DNA from: Candidatus Woesebacteria bacterium
GTDB lineage: Bacteria; Patescibacteriota; Microgenomatia; UBA1400; PJMF01
NCBI GenBank assembly: GCA_050123235.1
Contig: JASFHL010000006.1
Location: 1,707 to 65,706 of the forward strand
Direction of reading: 5' to 3'
Length of the DNA: 64,000 nucleotides
Part shown: piece after piece, positions 20,669 through 29,511 of the stretch
Position numbering within the stretch: position 1 is the stretch's first letter
Layout: every line of letters starts with the position of its first letter
The notes under the pieces: generated by a model
Database searches by the model: none
What the model saw: only the letters and a program-made list of their open reading frames with translations
Told to the model about the DNA's origin: nothing
Made by a program: the position numbers and the translations under genes

Positions 20669-21613
20669 TTAACTAATTTCCTCCCAATGGTAATTTTTAA
20701 AAACCCAATCAATAATTTCTTTTGTTTCTCTGTAGCGGTCTTGACTATTCATTAGAACAATTAAAATTTGATGATTATCTCTTTCCAATAAAGTAATTAA
20801 TACTTGGCCTGCCCATGGAGTAGTGCCAGTTTTTAAACCTCTTACGCCTTCTTCACTGCCCAGTAGATCATTAGTGTTATAAAGATAATGCTTGATCCGT
20901 CCAGTAGTATCAGTGACTATAATTTTTTTCTGTTCTACCAATTCTTTTAAAAATGTGTTTTTCAAAAACTCACGACTAATAATAGCTAAATCAAAGGCAG
21001 TGCTTTGGTGATTCTGATCATCTAAGCCAGAAGGATTGGTAAATCTAGTATTTTCTAGATGCAAAGCTTCCGCCATCTGGTTCATTTCCAAAACAAAACC
21101 AGCATAACCTAAGGGATGATTACTAGCTAAAACAAAGGCAGCATCATTGGCTGAAGCAACTAGTAAGCCAGTCAAGAGTTCTTTAACAGCAATTTGTTCT
21201 TTAAGTCTTAAACCCATGGTATTTCCTTGAGTAAAAGCTTCTTTATTAACAACTAGGGTGCGATTATCAGGATATGTTTTGGCAGCTACTAAGGCAGTCA
21301 TTAGTTTGGTAGTTGAAGCAGGGTAGCGCAAGCTACGAGCTTCTTTTTCTAACAGAATAGCTGAAGATGCTAAGTCTATGACCAAATAACTTTGGGCAGT
21401 CAGTTGGGCTAGTTGATTGTCCTGAATAGCTAATTCCGTGGAATTGCTAGCAGTTCTCACGGCCACTGGTGATGGTTTAATTAAATCAAGAGTGATTTCT
21501 TGACTTAATTGGCTTTGAGAATCAACTTCTTGTCCATAGACTACAGACTGAACTAAAAAAAATAAACAAATAAAAAGAATAGTTAAATACTGATCAAAGC
21601 GTAATTTTGGCAC
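20669..21613 (-). CDS. D-alanyl-D-alanine carboxypeptidase (S11, PBP5-like)
   Basis: Signal peptide and an SxxK active-site motif (ASTTKLMT). Confidence 0.75.
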   Translation of the reverse strand: MPKLRFDQYLTILFICLFFLVQSVVYGQEVDSQSQLSQEITLDLIKPSPVAVRTASNSTELAIQDNQLAQLTAQSYLVIDLASSAILLEKEARSLRYPASTTKLMTALVAAKTYPDNRTLVVNKEAFTQGNTMGLRLKEQIAVKELLTGLLVASANDAAFVLASNHPLGYAGFVLEMNQMAEALHLENTRFTNPSGLDDQNHQSTAFDLAIISREFLKNTFLKELVEQKKIIVTDTTGRIKHYLYNTNDLLGSEEGVRGLKTGTTPWAGQVLITLLERDNHQILIVLMNSQDRYRETKEIIDWVFKNYHWEEIS

Positions 21614-21661
21614 AAATATTATTCTATAGAAAAATTTAATAAGAAGTAAGATGCTTATAGA

Positions 21662-23536
21662 TTAAATTTTTATCAATTCTGGCTTTTCCAATTTTAAAAA
21701 ATCCTTCATTGACATCACTACCGAGCGATCATGGCGACCAACATTGAAAGCCATAGTTTTTTCTTTAGCTAAATCAGAATCTAAATAGGTTTTAAGCTGT
21801 ATGCTAGAACCAAAAGGTGGAATGGCACCAATTTCTAAAGCTGTTCTTTCTTTAACCTCTTCTTTTGAGGCCATAGTTAATTTACTTTCATTAAAATATT
21901 TTTTCAAAAGTTTAAAATCAGCCTTTTTATTTCCCGCTAAAACAAATAAAACATATTTTTTATTTTTATCTTTACCTAATCTTAAAACTAAAGCCTTAGC
22001 ACCTTGATGTGCAGCTGTTCCTCTAATTTTGGCTGCTTCTTCACTGGTATAAACAGGTTCATGAGCAAAATATTGATAATCAGCGCCACTGTTTTGTAAT
22101 TTATTGACAATAAAATCATGTGGACTTTGGCTCTCTACAGCAACAGCGATACCTAATTCATCAAGTTGATCAGCTTCCACTACGCTTGGCGCTGACATCA
22201 CGGCTGTGCGTCCAGTTGAGGTCATTGGGAAGGCAATCACTTCTTTTAATGAACTTTCTCCTGCCAATAACATCACTAAACGATCAATACCTAAAGCAAT
22301 GCCACCATGAGGAGGAGTCCCAAGTTCAAAAGCTTTGAGCATATGGCCAATACTATCTTCTATTTCTTGATCACTATAACCCATTATTTTAAAAGTAGAT
22401 TTAAGTAGTTCTGCTGTATGAGCGCGGATACTACCGCCACCTGCTTCATAGCCATTACAGACCAAGTCATACTGAGCAGTGATGATTTTATCAATATTAC
22501 GGCCTGCTAGATGATCCTCTATATGCTCTGGCAACGGGCTACTAAAAGGGTTATGAGTGAAAGTCCAGCCACTCTTGCCATCTTGTACTTCAGCAGCATC
22601 TTCTTTATCTACTTTTTTAAAAAAAGGAAAATTTACTACCCAAGCAAATGCTAAAACACCTTTCTTTTTTTCTTTTTCTGTTCTGAGATCAAATTTATCA
22701 TCCCCATATTTTTTAAGGGCATCTTGATAATTAATGACTGGAAAAGTCTCATCTTTGAGTTTGCCACCAACTGCTTTGATAGCAGTCTTGACCAATTCTT
22801 CTACTACTTGCATCACTTCCTCTTGACTAGCAAAGCTTAGCTCTAAATCAAACTGAGTAAACTCAAAACCTCTGTCAGATCTTAAATCCTCATCACGAAT
22901 ACAACGAGCAACTTGGAAATATCTTTCCAGCCCTGCAGTCATTAATAGCTGTTTATATTGTTGAGGGCTTTGAGGTAAAGCATAAAACTTACCCAGCTGA
23001 AAACGAGAAGGGACAATAAAGTCTCTAGCACCTTCTTTGGTTGATTTAGTTAAGATTGGTGTTTCAACTTCTACAAAATCTTGCTTGAACAAATGCTCCC
23101 TTAAAGCCCTAATAAATTCTGACCTCAGACGCATAATCTTTTGCATTCTATCTCGTCTCAAATCTAGATAGCGGTATTTCAATCTCACTTCTTCACCGAT
23201 TTCCTTACCATCACCGTCAAGAGAAATTGGCAAATCAATTGATTTGTTCAAAATCTTGTAACTTTCAAGTTCCAGCTCAACTTTACCGGTAGCAATCTTT
23301 TCATTAAAGTTAGCCTTATCTCGTTGTTTGACTATGCCAATCACCTCTACCACAGATTCAACTGTTAAATCTCTTAATTGATTATCGACTCCCACGCATT
23401 GAATGAACCCTGTTCTATCCCTTAAATCAATGAAAGTAACTTTACCATGATCACGTTTACTATTCACCCAGCCTTGGAGCTTAATCTTTTTACCAACAGA
23501 TTTGGGGGCATGGTGGATGAGTGTGCGTGTCTGCAT
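21662..23536 (-). CDS. aspS: aspartate--tRNA ligase lacking the GAD insertion domain, fused to a C-terminal YbaK/ProX-like deacylase domain
   Basis: Bacterial-type motifs QSPQQYKQLLM, FEFTQFDLELSF, GGGSIR and GIALGIDRL. Only ~135 aa lie between motifs 2 and 3. About 160 aa follow the usual end with KALVLRL...IGAIPPFG...VGRHDRSVVMS, which is YbaK-like. Confidence 0.85.
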   Translation of the reverse strand: MQTRTLIHHAPKSVGKKIKLQGWVNSKRDHGKVTFIDLRDRTGFIQCVGVDNQLRDLTVESVVEVIGIVKQRDKANFNEKIATGKVELELESYKILNKSIDLPISLDGDGKEIGEEVRLKYRYLDLRRDRMQKIMRLRSEFIRALREHLFKQDFVEVETPILTKSTKEGARDFIVPSRFQLGKFYALPQSPQQYKQLLMTAGLERYFQVARCIRDEDLRSDRGFEFTQFDLELSFASQEEVMQVVEELVKTAIKAVGGKLKDETFPVINYQDALKKYGDDKFDLRTEKEKKKGVLAFAWVVNFPFFKKVDKEDAAEVQDGKSGWTFTHNPFSSPLPEHIEDHLAGRNIDKIITAQYDLVCNGYEAGGGSIRAHTAELLKSTFKIMGYSDQEIEDSIGHMLKAFELGTPPHGGIALGIDRLVMLLAGESSLKEVIAFPMTSTGRTAVMSAPSVVEADQLDELGIAVAVESQSPHDFIVNKLQNSGADYQYFAHEPVYTSEEAAKIRGTAAHQGAKALVLRLGKDKNKKYVLFVLAGNKKADFKLLKKYFNESKLTMASKEEVKERTALEIGAIPPFGSSIQLKTYLDSDLAKEKTMAFNVGRHDRSVVMSMKDFLKLEKPELIKI

Positions 23537-23593
23537 GAAGAGTATTATAGTCGAAAGCAGTCGCTTTCTTCAAGGAAAAACTAAGTATAATTT

Positions 23594-25108
23594 TCAGTGA
23601 TTAGCCATCTTAGCTTCAAATGGCATATTAACTGTATATTCTGGTTTAAATCTATCTACTTCCGCGTGTCTTCTATCTTCATCATTTATCGCAATACTTC
23701 CTAGAATCAATTGTCCTTCTACTACTTGAGGAAAATAACGGGCATTATAAACGTCAACATTTTTTATTCTATAAACAACTTCTGGATTTTTTAAATCTAT
23801 TGCCACTAAAACATCATAATTTAAAGTAGCACCTTCCTGATGATTTGCTCTTACTACAATTAAATCTTGTCTGCCGAGTCTAATATAACTAGGAGACGAT
23901 AAAAAATTAACTCCATAAGCTGTCAAATCAGCAACTGGCTGCCAGCTGGCATCTTCTGCAGCTGAAGTAGCAAGATATAGCCTCTCGCCGTCAGCTTTTA
24001 TGATTTGATGATTCGGAGTAATACAAAAATTAGAGTTATGTCTACATGCTAAACCATCACTGCCTTCTTCTCGAAGAATGCTGAATTCACCTGTTCTTGG
24101 ATCAAGTTCAATTTGAGCTTGCCTAATACGGCCATCTTGATCACCTGCTGTAATTCCTTCATCAGTATGCATTTTTGTTCTCAAATTCCCATCTTCAACT
24201 CTAAATTGAGATTTTACTCTACTAGAAGAAATAGATTCATAAGTCAAACAAGTAAGTTGATAAGTATTCTCTGTGCCTGGTACCAGAGTGAGACTAAAAC
24301 GATCGCCATAAGGATCAGTATAACCCGGGAGAGCTTCTTCAACCATAATTACTGGTTCAGAGATAGTACGGGAACCATCCTCATTAGTTTTGATGCTTAT
24401 GGCTTCAATTTGATCGCTGGGTACTCCATTGCTCACAATATGTCTTTTATAAACTATGAAAACAATATCTGTTGTAATTCTGCTAGAAAGAATAGGATTA
24501 TCAATAGCTTCATAGTTATATGCATCTCTGTATACCCATGGAGCAATTACCTCATGATTGGCTACTGATCCATCAGTATTATATGCTACCCAATATAAAC
24601 CGCGACCATCATCTGGCCAAACAAAGCCACTTTCTCCAAGATAGGCAATAGAAGAAAGTCCAGCTGCTGTAGACTGTTCTATCCAATTTAAAACGTAAAT
24701 TGGCACTTGATAACCTAGTTCTCTTTCTAAGATTACTACTCTTCCAAGTTCATCATTATCAAAGACAGCCCTCTCCAAAAACATTTCACCTACAATACCC
24801 CAGTTAGTATCCATAGTCCTACTAACAACTGTCGCTCCTGCAGCAGAACTTGCCTGAACATGATCAACACTAAGCCATAAATTATCAGGCTCTTTAGGTG
24901 GTAAATCAGCATGACCTGTTTGAACAAATAATTCTTTATATGGTTCTGGTGAGGAAGTACTTTCTAGTGAAGAGGTCTCTTGAGCAGTAGCTTCTTCGCC
25001 TGGGAATAGTCTCCTCCCTGTAACTAGTGCTCCAACCATGGAAGCTGTTCCTTTAAGCCATTCTCTTCTGTTCAAAGGTTTTCTTAAAAAAGACTTTTCT
25101 TCAGACAT
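23594..25108 (-). CDS. hypothetical secreted protein with twin-arginine (Tat) signal
   Basis: N-terminal NRREWLKGTASMVGALVTG. Confidence 0.5.
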   Translation of the reverse strand: MSEEKSFLRKPLNRREWLKGTASMVGALVTGRRLFPGEEATAQETSSLESTSSPEPYKELFVQTGHADLPPKEPDNLWLSVDHVQASSAAGATVVSRTMDTNWGIVGEMFLERAVFDNDELGRVVILERELGYQVPIYVLNWIEQSTAAGLSSIAYLGESGFVWPDDGRGLYWVAYNTDGSVANHEVIAPWVYRDAYNYEAIDNPILSSRITTDIVFIVYKRHIVSNGVPSDQIEAISIKTNEDGSRTISEPVIMVEEALPGYTDPYGDRFSLTLVPGTENTYQLTCLTYESISSSRVKSQFRVEDGNLRTKMHTDEGITAGDQDGRIRQAQIELDPRTGEFSILREEGSDGLACRHNSNFCITPNHQIIKADGERLYLATSAAEDASWQPVADLTAYGVNFLSSPSYIRLGRQDLIVVRANHQEGATLNYDVLVAIDLKNPEVVYRIKNVDVYNARYFPQVVEGQLILGSIAINDEDRRHAEVDRFKPEYTVNMPFEAKMANH

Positions 25109-25380
25109 AGATTACTATTATAACTTATAACTTTCTAATTAATTAAAAACAATTACTAAATCTGGAGATACTAGATTAAAATTATAGCAGCAACTGTAGC
25201 CACTCATCCAAAATTCATTTAAGAATCTGCACTTGCTTTTTTGATATGGATATGTGATCATATTTTTTTAATGATAAAAATTAGTTGTTGGCACGTCACC
25301 CGTTATCAAATGGTCATCTTCTCTAAGAGAAGAGTGGGGGCGTGATTTATCATTAAATTTAAAAAATAACTAAAAAACGA

Positions 25381-25405
25381 CCCCGCAAAAAAAGCGGGGC
25401 TTTTT
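25381..25405. terminator. intrinsic terminator hairpin (CCCCGC-A7-GCGGGG + T5) flanked by A- and T-tracts, potentially bidirectional
   Basis: Perfect 6-bp GC stem with a 7-nt loop followed by TTTTT. An A-tract precedes it. Confidence 0.6.
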
Positions 25406-25504
25406 GATTTTAAGAAGTAATTATTAATTAGTAAGCGGAATTTTATAGCAAACTGTTTAAAAAAATTACTTAAAGCAGCTATAAAAATTCTGAAAGGAGG
25501 CGAA

Positions 25505-25717
25505 ATGTCACCCGTCAGGCCAACCCTCAGCAGCTCCAATCTAAAGACCTTATATTATCTGGCCTTAAACTGTTGCAAAGGGCAGAATCAAAGGCCCAGT
25601 TTATTTGAATATAAACAAGATCAAAGTAGCTTTGAAAGGGTGATGATTGCCATCAATAAAGCTAAGCGTAAGAATAGTTATTTTAAAAACTACGCCAATG
25701 CGATGATGAAAGAATAA
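25505..25717 (+). CDS. small ORF (70 aa) with strong Shine-Dalgarno; product unknown
   Basis: AAAGGAGG lies 5 nt before the ATG. No homology recognised; may instead lie within an ncRNA. Confidence 0.25.
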   Translation: MSPVRPTLSSSNLKTLYYLALNCCKGQNQRPSLFEYKQDQSSFERVMIAINKAKRKNSYFKNYANAMMKE

Positions 25718-25899
25718 AAAGTGATGGGTTCACTCAGCTCATTCAAGATGCAATGAGCTGAGTAAAGTTATCATTGCGTTGTGCTAATGGGCGCTTCCTT
25801 TCGATTGGTAAAGCAGACAACCCTCCGGGGGCATTTTTCCCAGCTCTTAAAAAACACAACCCTTTAGTAAAAAATCATAGTCTCTGCTAAAATTTAATT

Positions 25900-27147
25900 A
25901 TGTCAAGACAATCCTTCATTCGCTACTTAGTAGTAATCCTCATCACCACTGCCATCATTGCTCCCTTAAGCATTCTTTTATCTAAAAAAATTGATTTCAA
26001 TCAAGCTGATCCCTTCACCAACCCTTTTGTAGACCAAGCAAAACAAAAAGAGCTACCACTGCTACAATATTCCATCCCTAATCTAAAAAAAAGAGCCTAT
26101 TACCCCAGTCAAATTAAAATTGAAAGCTTAATTGACGAATTTGAAGAATACAATGCCTATCTTTTTTCCTATACGACCATGAATAAAAAAATGACTGGCC
26201 AGCTCAATATCCCACACACTGCTTATACTAAAAATAAATCAGCAGTGATTATCATGCTACGCGGTTATGTACCCAAAGAAATTTACCAATCTGGAGTTGG
26301 TACTAAAAATGCAGCTGCTGTTTTGGCTAAAAATGGCTACATTACTTTGGCGCCTGATTTTTTTGGTTTTGGAGACAGTGCTGAAGAACCAGAAGATAGC
26401 TGGGAGGGGAGATTTATCAAACCCATTAATGTGATCGAATTAGTTGAAACAGTTAAACAAAATCCTAAAATCAAAATCCCTGAAGACTTAGCTGCGACTG
26501 ATACTGCTAAAGAAAGTGTAAAAACTGATAGTGAGACAGAAGCTGAGCAAGAAGAAGACGAATCAGAAAAAACAGGACCTAGCATTAAACTTGATCCTCA
26601 GAAAATTGGTATTTGGGCTCATAGTAATGGCGGACAAATCGCGCTCACTACTCTGGAAGTTCTATCAGAAGAGATCCCGACTACTCTCTGGGCACCGGTG
26701 ACAGCACCTTTTCCTTATTCAATCTTGTTCTTCAGCGATGAAGTAGAAGACGAGGGCAAAGAAAGCCGAGCTTGGGTAGCTTTATTTGAAAAAGATTATG
26801 ATGTTTTTGATTTCAGCCTCACTCAGCACCTTGATAAGCTCACTGGACCATTACAAATCCATCATGGCACTAGTGATGATGCAGCTTTAATTGCTTGGTC
26901 GGATGAATTTGTAAGCAAAATTAAAAAAGAAAACCAAAGACGAAAAGAATTATCAGCAGAATCAAAAATGCAAAATTCCGATTCTAAGCAAAAAGAAAAA
27001 ACAGATGAAGATCAAGAAGAGATAGAACTTCCTCTAAATCAAATCCAGGTTACTTACCATCGTTATCCTGGGGCTAATCATAATCTACAACCAGCTTGGG
27101 ATACGGCCGTAAAAAGAGATTTGGACTTTTTTGCAGAAAATTTATAA
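25900..27147 (+). CDS. membrane-anchored alpha/beta-hydrolase (S9 / dienelactone-hydrolase-like)
   Basis: N-terminal TM. GxSxG nucleophile elbow GIWAHSNGGQIA, with downstream D and H candidates. Confidence 0.6.
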   Translation: MSRQSFIRYLVVILITTAIIAPLSILLSKKIDFNQADPFTNPFVDQAKQKELPLLQYSIPNLKKRAYYPSQIKIESLIDEFEEYNAYLFSYTTMNKKMTGQLNIPHTAYTKNKSAVIIMLRGYVPKEIYQSGVGTKNAAAVLAKNGYITLAPDFFGFGDSAEEPEDSWEGRFIKPINVIELVETVKQNPKIKIPEDLAATDTAKESVKTDSETEAEQEEDESEKTGPSIKLDPQKIGIWAHSNGGQIALTTLEVLSEEIPTTLWAPVTAPFPYSILFFSDEVEDEGKESRAWVALFEKDYDVFDFSLTQHLDKLTGPLQIHHGTSDDAALIAWSDEFVSKIKKENQRRKELSAESKMQNSDSKQKEKTDEDQEEIELPLNQIQVTYHRYPGANHNLQPAWDTAVKRDLDFFAENL

Positions 27148-27153
27148 ATAGCT

Positions 27154-28266
27154 CTATTGGCTCTTTTCCCCATCATTTATCAAAACCGTTCCTTGCCTAA
27201 GATTCTCGATGCGTTCAATCTTTCTTTCCATTTGTTTACTTCTAGTAGTAGTCAGTTTTTCAAAACCAGTTTTTAAGGTATCGATAGATCTACCAAATTT
27301 GCTAAATTCATCTTTAAAGCGTCGCCATTCTTTGACAAAATCATCAACATATTTAACCACTTCCTTAAGCTTATCTCCAATCATAAAATTGCGATAACTC
27401 TCAATTACTGTTCTAGCTACAATCAAAAAAGTAAAAGGAGAAACAATCAGCACTCGTTTAGCAATCGCTGCATCTACAATATCTGGAAATTTTTGATTAA
27501 TAAAAGAAAAAACCATTTCATTGGGCACAAAAAGAATTGCATAATCTAAAGTGTCTTGTTCTGGATCAATATATGCTGCCACTTTATCAATCTTAGTTTT
27601 TAAATCTTTGCTAAACTGCTTGAGATGGCTGGCTTTAGCTGATTTAGTTTCTGCCAGACTCATTTTCTGAATCTCTTGATAGGGGAATTTGACATCAACC
27701 GGCACATTGCGTTTATTAGGTAAGAGCAAAGTAATATCGGGCTTTAAAGCTGAAGAACCTAATTTAGCTTGCCTCAAATAATGAGTGCCTTCTACTAAAC
27801 CATTGCTGACTAATAGATCTTCAATAATACGCTCTCCCCATTCACCTCGTTGTTGATTATTGGATAAAACCGTAGCTAACTGATGGGTAGACACTTTTAA
27901 ATCCTCAGCTAAACGTCTGTGTTGTTCCAAAGAAGTACTCAGTTCACTGAATTTTTTGACTCGATCTTTTTCTAAAAGCCTGATTTCTTCTTGTCGGCTG
28001 TTTAAATCTTGCTGGAGCTGCTTAACTAATTTTTCAAAAACCTTTTGTTTATTTTCTAAATCAGTTTTAATTGTTTCCTTTTCACTAGCTAAAATTTCCT
28101 TACTCTGCTTGGCGATTTTATTAGCACTCATGCCAAAAACTTGATTAATCATATCTTCCAGTTTATCAGTAGGCTTTTGCTCAAACATCAACTTTTTGAG
28201 TAGAAAATAGAGGCTCAAAAAACCGAGCACAATAGTAAATAAAATTAAAATTAAATCAATAGACAT
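27154..28266 (-). CDS. rmuC: DNA recombination protein RmuC
   Basis: N-terminal TM, long coiled coil, then GEWGERIIEDLL (the RmuC GxWGE signature). Confidence 0.75.
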   Translation of the reverse strand: MSIDLILILFTIVLGFLSLYFLLKKLMFEQKPTDKLEDMINQVFGMSANKIAKQSKEILASEKETIKTDLENKQKVFEKLVKQLQQDLNSRQEEIRLLEKDRVKKFSELSTSLEQHRRLAEDLKVSTHQLATVLSNNQQRGEWGERIIEDLLVSNGLVEGTHYLRQAKLGSSALKPDITLLLPNKRNVPVDVKFPYQEIQKMSLAETKSAKASHLKQFSKDLKTKIDKVAAYIDPEQDTLDYAILFVPNEMVFSFINQKFPDIVDAAIAKRVLIVSPFTFLIVARTVIESYRNFMIGDKLKEVVKYVDDFVKEWRRFKDEFSKFGRSIDTLKTGFEKLTTTRSKQMERKIERIENLRQGTVLINDGEKSQ

Positions 28267-28319
28267 AAGTTAAAGATAGTATACTGAGATAGTGTCTACT
28301 TGTCAGTTTTAATTTAACT

Positions 28320-28787
28320 ATGAGCAAAGCCCGATCCCGCCTTAGATTGAAACAAAAAAAAAGAACCACCACTAGAGCTGGTTCTAGGTTAAAAAAAATT
28401 AATAAAAAAAGAATATCAATAGATGCATCGATTTTTAAACGATATATACAGCATCTACCCACACTATTTGTATCTTTGCCTTTTTTTTATGCTAGTGGCT
28501 ATATTTTGACAAAAATCTATCCTAGTGAAATCAAAAATTTATTGCTCAGTAATGCCTATTTGCCATTACAAATAACTGTTTTTTTAGCTAACTTTTTCTT
28601 TTTTAGTTTTTTAACTCTGAAAACTAGAAGAGGCTTATTAGTTAGCCTCTGCATCAGTACTTTTTTATTTTTAAAATTGGAAAAAGTAATCATTGATTAC
28701 ATTTTAGTTTCATCTATTTTGTTATTTTTTGTTATAATTGAATTAATTTTAACTTACTTAGAAAAAAATAATGCAAACTTCAAGTAA
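28320..28787 (+). CDS. hypothetical membrane protein with basic N-terminus
   Basis: ORF with several TM helices. Confidence 0.35.
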   Translation: MSKARSRLRLKQKKRTTTRAGSRLKKINKKRISIDASIFKRYIQHLPTLFVSLPFFYASGYILTKIYPSEIKNLLLSNAYLPLQITVFLANFFFFSFLTLKTRRGLLVSLCISTFLFLKLEKVIIDYILVSSILLFFVIIELILTYLEKNNANFK

Positions 28788-29133
28788 AAAACTCGCAAGG
28801 CAAACTAAAACTGAAATCTCAAGTCAATTAATTTCCCTAATCTCTGATCTCCAACACCCAGCAGAAATTGAACAATTTATTCAAGACTTTTTTACCGAAA
28901 CTGAAATTATAGTTTTTGCCAAAAGACTATCAATTGCTTATCTACTCTCTCAAGGCAAGTCCTATCAAGAAATCAAGGATGAGCTTAAAGTTTCCAGTGC
29001 CACCATCTCAGCTGTAGCAGAAATTAAAGATAAAAAAGGCATTAAACTAGCTATGAAAAAAATAAAAGCAGATCAAAAATATCAGCAGCAGGCTGAGAAG
29101 ATTTGGAGGGTGGTAAAAAAGTTTAGGAATTAA
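28771..29133 (+). CDS. TrpR-like YerC/YecD family DNA-binding protein
   Basis: AKRLSIAYLLSQGKSYQEIKDELKVSSATISAV helix-turn-helix, typical of the YerC/YecD family. Confidence 0.55.
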   Translation: MQTSSKKLARQTKTEISSQLISLISDLQHPAEIEQFIQDFFTETEIIVFAKRLSIAYLLSQGKSYQEIKDELKVSSATISAVAEIKDKKGIKLAMKKIKADQKYQQQAEKIWRVVKKFRN

Positions 29134-29195
29134 GGTTTAGGATTACAGAGATATAGATAATAAAATCACAAAAAAAACAAAGATATAGTAATTTA

Positions 29196-29357
29196 TTACT
29201 GCCAAGGATTTTCATCATTTACAGGTACACTGAGAATGACATAGCCGCAATAATTACATTTTTTACCATTTTCTATCTGCTGCATATTTCCAATCTCACA
29301 TCGAGGACAGTTTCCTGATTTTTCTGTAGTTGGTTCCTCTTCTTTTCTAGTAATCAT
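29196..29357 (-). CDS. unannotated small zinc-ribbon protein (53 aa)
   Basis: Translation MITRKEEEPTTEKSGNCPRCEIGNMQQIENGKKCNYCGYVILSVPVNDENPWQ contains a CPRC...CNYC pair. Confidence 0.35.
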   Translation of the reverse strand: MITRKEEEPTTEKSGNCPRCEIGNMQQIENGKKCNYCGYVILSVPVNDENPWQ

Positions 29358-29477
29358 TTTGAAATCCTTTTAAAAATTTATTAATCAGTCTAATTATAGC
29401 AAATTAGCTTAATTTTTCAAAAAAGATAAAATTTTGCTATCAGTTTGCACAAAAATAAAACTACAGCCAAAACAAAG

Positions 29478-29505
29478 CTGACTATTCCTTCAAAATTGCT
29501 ATAAT
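29478..29505 (+). promoter_or_regulatory. sigma70-like promoter for metG (CTGACT-N16-TATAAT), -10 only 6 nt from ATG, implying a leaderless mRNA
   Basis: Read directly from the sequence upstream of the 29512 ATG. Confidence 0.35.
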
Positions 29506-29511
29506 ACTCCC

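Noticed and set aside
21700-21740. Possible fourth copy of the repeat 14-mer (CACTACCGAGCGATCATGG) inside aspS.
   Set aside because: Only an 11-nt match, embedded in sequence encoding the conserved HDRSVVM of the YbaK-like domain. Most likely coincidence.
25109-25899. tmRNA, RNase P RNA or SRP RNA in the large non-coding region.
   Set aside because: I could not find a tRNA-like T-arm (GGUUCGAAUCC) with a matching acceptor, nor P4 motifs (GGAAAGUCCGG / ACAGAAnCCGGCUUA). The GUCAGG...AGCAGC pair at 25510-25535 resembles the SRP helix-8 motifs but cannot form the required hairpin with a GNRA loop. I left it as an unassigned structured region.
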